NCBI GenBank assembly: GCA_022709405.1
Contig: JAKLIV010000001.1
Span: forward strand, 49,952 to 113,951
Length of the DNA stretch: 64,000 nucleotides
Direction of reading: 5' to 3'
Source: Spirochaetota bacterium
GTDB lineage: Bacteria > Spirochaetota > UBA4802 > UBA5550
Both the position numbers and the translations under genes were made by a program. The notes under the pieces are model-generated. The model saw nothing but the letters and a program-made list of their open reading frames with translations. It had not been told where the DNA came from and ran no database searches. This document shows positions 29,284-36,928 of this stretch, in pieces (the first letter of the stretch is position 1; each line of letters opens with the position of its first letter).

Positions 29284-29325
29284 ACAGGCATGCCGGGGCA
29301 TGTTCATGGCCCATCGCATGCCTGT
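29284..29325 (+). repeat. palindromic hairpin ACAGGCATGC-N22-GCATGCCTGT (copy 1 of a duplicated element)
   Basis: 10-bp perfect arms at 29284..29293 and 29316..29325. Homologous to the stronger hairpin at 31161..31211, and the flanking sequence is also similar ('ttacaacatgg..gtg'). Confidence 0.6.
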
Positions 29326-29489
29326 TTCTATTAATGAGGAGGTGTTTGAATGTTGAAACACGGTAAATATTGAACAAACAGGTCAGAAGTGTAAGTTTTG
29401 GGGCGGGAAATCATTTGTGTTAGTTAGTTTCCCGGAATTAGTTTGTTATATTCGGGATTAAACGAACAACAAGAAACCTGGAGGTTTAC

Positions 29490-29720
29490 ATGGTAGAAAT
29501 GGTTCGAGAAAGCATCGTGGTGGCTTTTGGTAAGGATGTGCTGTACCAGTGGATCGAGGAGCTTAACCAAGTCGCGGCCGTGGAAAGAAGGGCACGCGGC
29601 GAGGAATTTTCAGTAAGAGACCATATTCGTGCAATGATACTGGCGCTCTTTTGTCGTTATTATCACAAGATACCCCGTAGCTCTGCTACGGGGAGATTCA
29701 ATAGAAAAACAGGAAGGTAA
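29490..29720 (+). pseudogene. truncated 5' fragment of an Fe-S-loop protein gene (paralogue of 31254..31844)
   Basis: 'MVEMVRESIVVAFGKDVLYQWIEELNQ...DHIRAMILALF' aligns with 'MLENIRETITGVYGEEKLARWVSALEQ...EHARAIVLALL'. Similarity ends after ~55 aa, and the C-terminal Cys cluster is missing. Confidence 0.6.
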
Positions 29721-29722
29721 AA

Positions 29723-30145
29723 ATGAAGAAAATTATCACTATAATGTTCATGGTTGTTACAGTATTGATATATGCGGCAAATATATCTTTTCCAAATTTT
29801 GATAGACAGCAAGTTTTTTTAGAATGTTCACAGGAAGTAAATGACATTTTTATAAAAAAACTTATAAAAGAAGGACTGCATCCGATTGTTATACAAAAGC
29901 CTACTTTTATCAATCCTAACATTATTAAGTTTTCGTTCAAGGCGGACAGCAACAATCGTTATATTATCTGGTATGGTACAATGGATAAAGACAATCTTTA
30001 CGGAAAAATATTTTTTACCCTTGAAATAACGAAAGGTGATGTATCTAAAGGTTTTAAGAAAAACGAGAGGTCTATAGCCGCTTTCTTCAATTCTTCACAA
30101 TTATGCCCAGACATAGATAAAAAATATGCAAAATTGCGTAATTGA
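29723..30145 (+). CDS. small secreted/exported hypothetical protein (140 aa)
   Basis: N-terminal hydrophobic signal-like segment 'MKKIITIMFMVVTVLIYA'. AGGAAGG RBS. AT-rich. Confidence 0.5.
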   Translation: MKKIITIMFMVVTVLIYAANISFPNFDRQQVFLECSQEVNDIFIKKLIKEGLHPIVIQKPTFINPNIIKFSFKADSNNRYIIWYGTMDKDNLYGKIFFTLEITKGDVSKGFKKNERSIAAFFNSSQLCPDIDKKYAKLRN

Positions 30146-30177
30146 GATGAAAGGAGTAACTTTATATAACAAATCAA

Positions 30178-30220
30178 ATGCCGGGACATTAAAAAAAGCC
30201 CCGGCATTTCAAATTTTTAA
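30178..30220 (+). terminator. rho-independent terminator-like hairpin
   Basis: ATGCCGGG (30178..30185) pairs with CCCGGCAT (30200..30207), followed by a T-rich tract 'ttcaaattttt'. Lies 33 nt after the stop at 30145. Confidence 0.6.
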
Positions 30221-30316
30221 TAAAAAATCTTCAACATCCCCTTTCGATGTCTATGTCATATAACTTTTATGTTGTATTTTTAAAATTCAATAAATTTTAA
30301 CAAAGGAAGGTGTTTA

Positions 30317-30988
30317 ATGGGTGATTTATTACGATTGTTGTCTTCCCCGATTGCAATTATTCTGATAGTAATAGGCATTATTCTCATCAGAATGGTAAAA
30401 GGTTGGAACAGGTTTAATTTCAACGGCCCGTCAGTCATTATAACCGATTTCAAAATCAATAACATTGGGGGAGAAAGGCTTTTTGAGATCAGGGGCAGGG
30501 TAAAGGGACTGCTCAGCATGATGTTCAACAAGCTCAGCCTCGAGACCATATTTCTCGTTTATGCCGATCAAAACGGCTACTATTACCATTTCCAGACCCC
30601 TATTTCGCAGGTCAGGGAGTTCACACCCTATCATCAGGTAGCGGGCACCGCGGTTGGCATGTCAAGGAACATCATCTGGATCAACGCCTTACTTGTCACG
30701 GGCCTGTCGCTTTGCTATTATATTTATCATGGCATATACAGCTATGTGGTATACGAAGAATCAGTTTCGGTTGTACTTTTCCCGCTTCTGGCCATCGCGA
30801 CAGGACTTTGCATCGCGGGATTCATATATTCCAAGAGGATCGTGCTTTTAGTGGAAAGCAGCGGGTCATTGCCGGTATGGATAAAGTTCTCGGAAAGCGT
30901 TCTCGAGCAGAAGAACATTTCAAAGAACGACCTGGAAAAGATAACTGAAATCATTAATAAAAAGGTGATTGAAGCAAAACCGCAATAA
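30317..30988 (+). CDS. membrane protein, paralogue B of duplicated family
   Basis: Collinear with 27282..27998 ('GWNRFNFNGPSVIITDF', 'FEIRGRVKGLL', 'EFTPYHQVAGTAVG', identical 30-aa C-terminal block). About 80 nt of upstream sequence is also similar. Confidence 0.7.
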   Translation: MGDLLRLLSSPIAIILIVIGIILIRMVKGWNRFNFNGPSVIITDFKINNIGGERLFEIRGRVKGLLSMMFNKLSLETIFLVYADQNGYYYHFQTPISQVREFTPYHQVAGTAVGMSRNIIWINALLVTGLSLCYYIYHGIYSYVVYEESVSVVLFPLLAIATGLCIAGFIYSKRIVLLVESSGSLPVWIKFSESVLEQKNISKNDLEKITEIINKKVIEAKPQ

Positions 30989-31160
30989 ATTTCTGCAACA
31001 TGGACATTCATAGCCTATGTTGCTGCGGCAATTCGGGTTATTTTCAAACATACCACTGCCTGGACTGTGACTTCAGTCCAGGTGCGGCGGGATTTATTTT
31101 TTTACAACATGGTAGGTGACCGGGTATCTATCCTGGTTACCGGACAGTATTTTTAATTTA

Positions 31161-31216
31161 AACGACAGGCATGCCGGCGGTCATGTACGTGGCCATCGCA
31201 TGCCTGTCGTTTTTTG
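31161..31216 (+). terminator. strong hairpin + T-run (copy 2 of the duplicated palindrome); terminator or attenuator
   Basis: AACGACAGGCATGC (31161..31174) pairs perfectly with GCATGCCTGTCGTT (31198..31211), followed by TTTTT. Only ~40 nt upstream of the ATG at 31254. Confidence 0.6.
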
Positions 31217-31253
31217 ATCTTTAAAATCAATATTAATGAAAAGGGAGGTCCCG

Positions 31254-31844
31254 ATGCTTGAAAACATTCGTGAAACCATAACCGGTGTTTACGGAGAAGA
31301 GAAGCTGGCCCGGTGGGTCTCTGCCCTGGAACAGGCCCCGAACGGTGAAAAAACCGCCCTGGACGAGCATGCCCGCGCTATCGTGCTGGCCCTGCTGTCC
31401 GGGCGGAAGTACGGGCGTTCCGTTTCGCAGAACCCGGGGTATGTCGACGGGATTTTTTCGCAGTATGCCCTGGAATACATCACCGGCGGCACCATCGAAA
31501 AGCCTGTACCGCTCTCGGGCACGCGAGACGAGGCCGACCTGCAGCGCCTTTTCGGCCCTGATTACCTGGGTGTGTTCGAGCACGTCCCCTCGAAAGAAGA
31601 GGCGGACGATGTTATCGAGCAGTGGTCCCTGGCCCATAATTTATTGCCGGGGTACATAAGAAAGATCCTGAAGATCTTCTGTTCAGATGATCTTTCGGGG
31701 ATCTGCGGCTCGAAACCGCTTTGCGACCGGTGCGGCGTCAGGCAGCATTGTTCGTACGGGAAGAATATGCGTTCCCCGTATGGGGAACCGGCGTATTCAA
31801 CGAAGACCGATAACGTGGAGGTGATTCATGGTTTTTTTGAATAA
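31254..31844 (+). CDS. Fe-S cluster loop protein (short relative of the HhH/FCL family; function unknown)
   Basis: 'CGSKPLCDRCGVRQHC' is C-x5-C-x2-C-x5-C, like the EndoIII/MutY iron-sulfur loop and the 25669 gene. The ATG at 31254 follows GGGAGG. No clear HhH seen. Confidence 0.55.
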   Translation: MLENIRETITGVYGEEKLARWVSALEQAPNGEKTALDEHARAIVLALLSGRKYGRSVSQNPGYVDGIFSQYALEYITGGTIEKPVPLSGTRDEADLQRLFGPDYLGVFEHVPSKEEADDVIEQWSLAHNLLPGYIRKILKIFCSDDLSGICGSKPLCDRCGVRQHCSYGKNMRSPYGEPAYSTKTDNVEVIHGFFE

Positions 31845-32208
31845 ATTAAAGTCCCACGACGAGATCGTCAGCACGGTCCTTAACGACCGCATGGACTACT
31901 CGGTCATCGAAACGGCGAGCAGGGGAATTTATCAGTTTCTCAAGTTTGAAAGGCGCACGATGAAATTGGTGTGCGGGGAGATCGCAAACCAGAAATTTCC
32001 CACGCCGAGCCAGATGGTGATCATCGATACAATGTCCATGAAAGGGCCGCACGGGGCGAAACCGGTCATCGTGTATACGGAACTCCTAGGGCAGCGCCCC
32101 AGGTGCACCGTCGTGGACTATTCTAACGAGAGCATGGAAGAGGGGGATGAGTACGAATCGATTTTTTACCATCTTGCATCGAAGAATGACAAAAGGACAC
32201 GCCACTGA
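31828..32208 (+). CDS. hypothetical protein (126 aa)
   Basis: ORF overlapping the upstream gene by 17 nt (coupled). No motif recognised. Confidence 0.45.
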   Translation: MVFLNKLKSHDEIVSTVLNDRMDYSVIETASRGIYQFLKFERRTMKLVCGEIANQKFPTPSQMVIIDTMSMKGPHGAKPVIVYTELLGQRPRCTVVDYSNESMEEGDEYESIFYHLASKNDKRTRH

Positions 32209-32219
32209 GAGGAGGGGAT

Positions 32220-33209
32220 ATGGCAATTGTAGACAGGATCAAGTATGAACCGAAAAGCGGGAGCCAGATCGCGTGGAAGTTCCCGGGGGACAACATAAGG
32301 CTCGGTAGCCAGCTCATTGTAAACCAGAGCCAGGAGGCCCTGCTGTACAGGGATGGGCAGGTGACCAGGGTGTTTACGCCGGGGACGTACACGATCGACT
32401 CATCGAACATACCGTTTCTCGGAAAAATAGTCAACGCGCCTTTCGGCGGGGAGACTCCATTCAGCGTAGAGGTATGGTTTGTCAGCCGGAACGATCACCG
32501 CGACATGAAATGGGGAACAAAGACGCCGATACAGCTCACTGACCCGGTGCATGACGTGCCGCTCAGGGTAGGATCATATGGGCAATGGGGGTTCAGAGTG
32601 ACAGATTCGCGGACCTTCCTGGTATCGCTTCTCGGGGCCTCGCCGTCGGCGGATTCGGCCGGGGTGAACCAGTGGTTCATCGGCGAAATAATGCAGGCGT
32701 TCACCCGGGAGCTCGGCGAATTTATCATCGAGCGTAAAATATCGCTCCTGCATATGGCGACGCAGATCGAGGGCCTCGCAGATGCCGCGCGCAAGAAGAT
32801 CGCCCTGGTTTTTAAAAGCTATGGTATGGAGATTACGAACTTCACCATTGGGGCTATATCCATACTCGAGGAGGACCTGAAAAGGATACAGGACGTGCTG
32901 ATGCGCGGCATGGAGGCGAAACAGTACAGCAATGCCAGGTTAAACGAGAATTACGAGAAAATCAGGTCGCTGAATATATTGGAAAAAGCGGCCACCTCCG
33001 GCGCTGACGGGATCGTTTCCCAGGCCATGAGCGCATGCATAGGCCTCCTGGGAGCGGCAAACCTGGTCCAAAAGACATTCGGCGCTTCGCCTGAACATAA
33101 GCGCAGCTATAAGGAACGGCTTGCCGAAGCTGAAGAGATGTTCAGGGAGAAACTCATCACCGAGGAAGAATACCTGGAAAAGCGCAAAGATCTTTTAAGG
33201 GAGGTGTAA
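32220..33209 (+). CDS. SPFH-domain protein of the YdjI/COG4260 type with C-terminal SHOCT-like helix
   Basis: 'IAWKFPGDNIRLGSQLIVNQSQEALLYRDGQVTRVFTPGTYTIDSSNIPFL' matches the characteristic COG4260 N-terminus. C-terminal 'LITEEEYLEKRKDLL' is SHOCT-like. RBS GAGGAGGGG. Confidence 0.7.
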   Translation: MAIVDRIKYEPKSGSQIAWKFPGDNIRLGSQLIVNQSQEALLYRDGQVTRVFTPGTYTIDSSNIPFLGKIVNAPFGGETPFSVEVWFVSRNDHRDMKWGTKTPIQLTDPVHDVPLRVGSYGQWGFRVTDSRTFLVSLLGASPSADSAGVNQWFIGEIMQAFTRELGEFIIERKISLLHMATQIEGLADAARKKIALVFKSYGMEITNFTIGAISILEEDLKRIQDVLMRGMEAKQYSNARLNENYEKIRSLNILEKAATSGADGIVSQAMSACIGLLGAANLVQKTFGASPEHKRSYKERLAEAEEMFREKLITEEEYLEKRKDLLREV

Positions 33210-33213
33210 TGCA

Positions 33214-33648
33214 ATGAAACACGCATCGATCATCATTTTATGTGCACTGGCGACGGGCCTTGCCGTTGCCGGCGTCGCGCATGTTGTCGTTCCCGTAGAA
33301 TACCGGTCGCAGTATTTCATGGTCAAGCTGCTGTGGGCGGAATTTATCGTTCTGGTTTTCTGGTCGTATGTCGCATGGTACTGGCGGGTCAACTCCGCCG
33401 GAACGGCAAGAAGCGGCGCCACGGTACGAATGGTTGCGGGCATGGGGCTGGTGACCTTCCTGTTCTCGGCTTCATCCGCGCTCGCGCTGGCGGTATTTTC
33501 TATAGCCGGGGACGGCGACGCGGTCAACAGGGCGCACCTTACCGTGCAGATTGTCATGACTGCCATGTTCGCCGTTGTATGGCTCCTTCTCGGGCTTTCG
33601 CGTCAACGTACCGGAAACAGCAGCCAGACGGAGGTATCGGATGAGTAA
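33214..33648 (+). CDS. integral membrane protein (4 predicted TM segments)
   Basis: Hydrophobic stretches throughout. RBS GGGAGG. Its stop overlaps the next gene's ATG (ATGAGTAA). Confidence 0.6.
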   Translation: MKHASIIILCALATGLAVAGVAHVVVPVEYRSQYFMVKLLWAEFIVLVFWSYVAWYWRVNSAGTARSGATVRMVAGMGLVTFLFSASSALALAVFSIAGDGDAVNRAHLTVQIVMTAMFAVVWLLLGLSRQRTGNSSQTEVSDE

Positions 33649-35095
33649 AACGGCGGCTTTCACGTGTCAATCTTGCGGGGCCGGAGTGGTGATCAACGGT
33701 GGGTCAGGCAAGTGCGAATACTGCGGAAGCACCGTCAGCCTTCCTGTCGAAACGGAAGACGGAGATTGCACGGCAGCGATTCCAGACAAGCCGAAGATCA
33801 CCGGGGGACGTCTTGTGCTCAAGGGGCGGAGAATAAAGTCCCTTAACCAGATCATATCGCTGTACAGCGACAATGAACTGGAAGAAGTGATAACACTGGA
33901 CCTTTCTGGAAATCTCCTTGAAAGCCTCGAAGGTATTAAAAGATTTAAGTCAGTCAGAGTGCTTTGCCTGAATAACAACAGATTAACCAGCATAGATCAA
34001 TTGCCTGAAAGCGTCGGTAGTCTGTCAGTGAAAGGGAACCTTCTCGGAGGCTTCAAGTCTTTCAGTGGATTTGACCATATTGTCGAGCTTGATATATGCA
34101 ACAACGGATACGAATTCCTTCCGGAGTTGCCCCCTCGACTGACCAGACTTGATGCAAGCAATAATTCAATTGAATGTATCGAATCAGTGGCAAAATACAC
34201 ATCACTGAATTTCATCAATCTCAATCATAACAGGATGTCTTGTGTCCCCGTGCTTCCCCCACGACCATGGAATTTGATGGTTTACATGGAGCATAACGTT
34301 TTCGAATATCTCGATGATGTTTCGATCGACAATATCAGCTGCTGCGAGTTTAAAAAGACGCTGTTTATCTCACTGAAAAACAACTCGTTATGCGACTTTT
34401 CATCGATTTTACGTATATCTTTTCCGACTTTTGGACAGATACGCGACCAGCAGCATGACAAAGGGGAGGAGAATGCCCTTTCGGGTTATAATGAAAATCG
34501 GTTCTTCCATATACATTTCGATAAAAGCAACGAAACCCTGACAGCTGAACGGTTCGACCAGGAGCTGACGGCCGCCGAAGACGGGGTACACTTAAAAATT
34601 TATCCTGACAGACCTCTTCATCAAGGAGTACAACAGGAAGTCGTTGAGGCAAAACCTAAACGTTTAAACATTCCATTGATGGTTTTAACAGGCATCCTCG
34701 CATCACTCACCAACGTATACCTGGGCTACAAGTTTTTCAATTTTATGGTGGAGAGCCCCGGCAGGTTCGGGTGGATTAGACTGATGCTCACTTCAGCGGT
34801 GATTTTTTCGGCAGGATGGATCGGCGTTTACATCTCCCATCTCATATTAAGGCCCAACGGGATTGCAAAAGCAATCGGTTTCATATTCTATGCGATACCC
34901 GCTGCGGTGTTAACCGGGATCATGGGCCCGATGGCTGCTGTCGGCCTGGCGATAGTGCTGTCCATTTTGATGTTAATATCCATATTGTTCTCCATGGATA
35001 TTTTCACATATTTATGCATCGGTTACTCCGCGGTCCTCGTTATCATCGGTTCAATAACAATTATAGTTACTGCCAACTCGTTAAATGATATATGA
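33641..35095 (+). CDS. zinc-ribbon + leucine-rich-repeat + C-terminal multi-TM protein
   Basis: 'CQSCGA..x..CEYCGS' zinc ribbon. Repeated LxxLxLxxNxL units ('LDLSGNLLESL', 'LCLNNNRLTSIDQLP', 'LDICNNGYEFLPELPPRLTRLDASNNSI', 'INLNHNRMSCVP'). The last ~140 aa are hydrophobic. Start set at the ATG at 33641 rather than the ORF-track 33575. Confidence 0.7.
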   Translation: MSKTAAFTCQSCGAGVVINGGSGKCEYCGSTVSLPVETEDGDCTAAIPDKPKITGGRLVLKGRRIKSLNQIISLYSDNELEEVITLDLSGNLLESLEGIKRFKSVRVLCLNNNRLTSIDQLPESVGSLSVKGNLLGGFKSFSGFDHIVELDICNNGYEFLPELPPRLTRLDASNNSIECIESVAKYTSLNFINLNHNRMSCVPVLPPRPWNLMVYMEHNVFEYLDDVSIDNISCCEFKKTLFISLKNNSLCDFSSILRISFPTFGQIRDQQHDKGEENALSGYNENRFFHIHFDKSNETLTAERFDQELTAAEDGVHLKIYPDRPLHQGVQQEVVEAKPKRLNIPLMVLTGILASLTNVYLGYKFFNFMVESPGRFGWIRLMLTSAVIFSAGWIGVYISHLILRPNGIAKAIGFIFYAIPAAVLTGIMGPMAAVGLAIVLSILMLISILFSMDIFTYLCIGYSAVLVIIGSITIIVTANSLNDI

Positions 35096-35162
35096 TCAAC
35101 AGCTCTTCAATGCCCGGCATTATATCATTGCGCCGGGTTAAATAATTCATCTGGAGGATTTC

Positions 35163-35417
35163 ATGGAACAAAAGTATGTAGTGGTTAAACCCGTTAAAAG
35201 CATGGGGATTTCGATTCTGCTGAGCCTGCTTTTCGGGCCGATCGGCCTTTTTTACTCATCGATAGCAGGAGGCGTAATCATGAGCCTGTTGTCACTGATT
35301 ATCGGCGTTCTCACTATGGGGATCGGCGCCTTCGTACTATGGCCGGTGTGCGCGGTATGGGGTGCAGTGTCGGTAAGGCATTATAACCGCGCACTTGCAG
35401 CAGATTCAGCAGCGTGA
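35163..35417 (+). CDS. small membrane protein (84 aa, 2 TM)
   Basis: 'ISILLSLLFGPIGLFY' and 'LIIGVLTMGIGAFVLWPVCAVWG' are hydrophobic helices. GGAGGA RBS. Confidence 0.55.
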   Translation: MEQKYVVVKPVKSMGISILLSLLFGPIGLFYSSIAGGVIMSLLSLIIGVLTMGIGAFVLWPVCAVWGAVSVRHYNRALAADSAA

Positions 35418-35466
35418 AGCATAATATGACAATGAATTGTTCAGTAATGATTGATCGAAGCCGTAA

Positions 35467-35490
35467 GCTCTCCGGGTTTTCCCGGAGAGC
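35467..35490 (+). terminator. perfect 10-bp GC-rich hairpin (GCTCTCCGGG-TTTT-CCCGGAGAGC)
   Basis: Lies 50 nt after the stop at 35417. No downstream T-run, so terminator function is uncertain. Confidence 0.45.
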
Positions 35491-35656
35491 AGTCTTGAAG
35501 TGTGCAGAGTAGAATGCGGAGAAGCGCATATGCAGTACACAGGAAGCCCCAGGAGTATTAAAAGCTGATGCCATCTTATCAATGGCAGTTATCTGAATCA
35601 TCATAGAGATACACATTGTTTCTCTAATCAAGGAAGAGGCAATAAGCAGGAGGTAT

Positions 35657-36928
35657 ATGATAACGAATATGACAACTAACAATAAAGAAATTAATAAAAG
35701 CGTGAAAGCTAATACTAATTTTTACATTGCAAACCAGATCACACCCGAAGGACTTGACGAAATCCAACGCTTGATACTGGCCCATTCCCTTGGCTTACAT
35801 GTCGCCTTAGAAGGCCCTCCCGGGGTAGGCAAGACAAAGAGTGTTTATGAGATAGCTAAAATACTGGGGCTACCACTTCACCTTAAATCATGTTCAAGCC
35901 GCACCGTGGAGTCGCATATAATCTCTTATCCGGTGCTTATGGAAAAAAATGGCGTCAGTATAACCGAACATGTGAACGGCCCTTTGTGCAGTGCCATGCT
36001 TGACGGCGGAATTTTCTACGGAGACGAGTTCAATCTGCTAAGATCTGATGTACAGAAGCGATTGAACAGCGCCTTTGATGATAGACGTACGGTTGACCGT
36101 AACGATGGCGCACAGATAACGGCGGCCCCTGGTTTCTGGGCGGTTATCTCTTACAATCCAACAGAAAATGTAGTAGCGAGAGATCTTGAGGATTCTGTTG
36201 CAGACAGATTTATTCACTTTTATTATGGACGATGGGATCCGGATTTTAAGGCATATGTTTCATCTCGAATTGCCATGGGGAAAAATAATATAAATACGGA
36301 TACCGCACAAGAATTTAATCTTGCGGCATCCTGGCGCGCTATTACACCGCAACTCGAATTTCTTTCTGGTAAGATCGAATCGGGAAAGTTTATATGGCGC
36401 AACTACTTCACCGGCGAACTGTGGAATGGAAAGCCACGCTATATATACCGAGTATGCGTAGGTAAGAGTATTACAAATGCTTCACTCCCTGTCGCTAAGA
36501 ACTATTCCTCAAACGCATTCGCACGTTTAATCTCACGCTTTACCGAAATCATTTACAACCTCGCAACCACAGGAAAATCGCCAATTCTGAATGAAAATGG
36601 CATGAAAAACATCTTAGATAACGAGGATCTTGAACTACTTTCAGTTCATGAAAGCTCAACCCGCATTGAAAGCGCAGCATTGTCACATTATAATGAACTA
36701 CTTCGCCGGGGATGCAATGCCGTTATTGCTCAAGCCTACTCAACGCGACTGGTAATAGACCAGATATGCTACGGCCAGTTCAGAGGTCGCAAACTCACAA
36801 GTTTGACAGTTCATGATCTGGTGACCGCAATCGCACGTTGTTTAAATTTGCTCGGAGAGCAAACCCGTTATAATACCACTGCAGAAACGGATCAGGCAAA
36901 TACAGCCGCAACAAGAGGAAATAAATAA
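35657..36928 (+). CDS. MoxR-like AAA+ ATPase (AAA_5 type)
   Basis: Walker A 'LEGPPGVGKTK', Walker B 'IFYGDEFN', then 'FWAVISYNP'. RBS AGGAGG. Confidence 0.8.
   Translation: MITNMTTNNKEINKSVKANTNFYIANQITPEGLDEIQRLILAHSLGLHVALEGPPGVGKTKSVYEIAKILGLPLHLKSCSSRTVESHIISYPVLMEKNGVSITEHVNGPLCSAMLDGGIFYGDEFNLLRSDVQKRLNSAFDDRRTVDRNDGAQITAAPGFWAVISYNPTENVVARDLEDSVADRFIHFYYGRWDPDFKAYVSSRIAMGKNNINTDTAQEFNLAASWRAITPQLEFLSGKIESGKFIWRNYFTGELWNGKPRYIYRVCVGKSITNASLPVAKNYSSNAFARLISRFTEIIYNLATTGKSPILNENGMKNILDNEDLELLSVHESSTRIESAALSHYNELLRRGCNAVIAQAYSTRLVIDQICYGQFRGRKLTSLTVHDLVTAIARCLNLLGEQTRYNTTAETDQANTAATRGNK

Noticed and set aside
33240-33644. 134-aa + strand ORF in an alternative frame
   Set aside because: It overlaps the membrane-protein frame. 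The Arg/Gly-rich translation is typical of an off-frame GC-rich read, while the 33214 frame gives coherent TM helices and an RBS.
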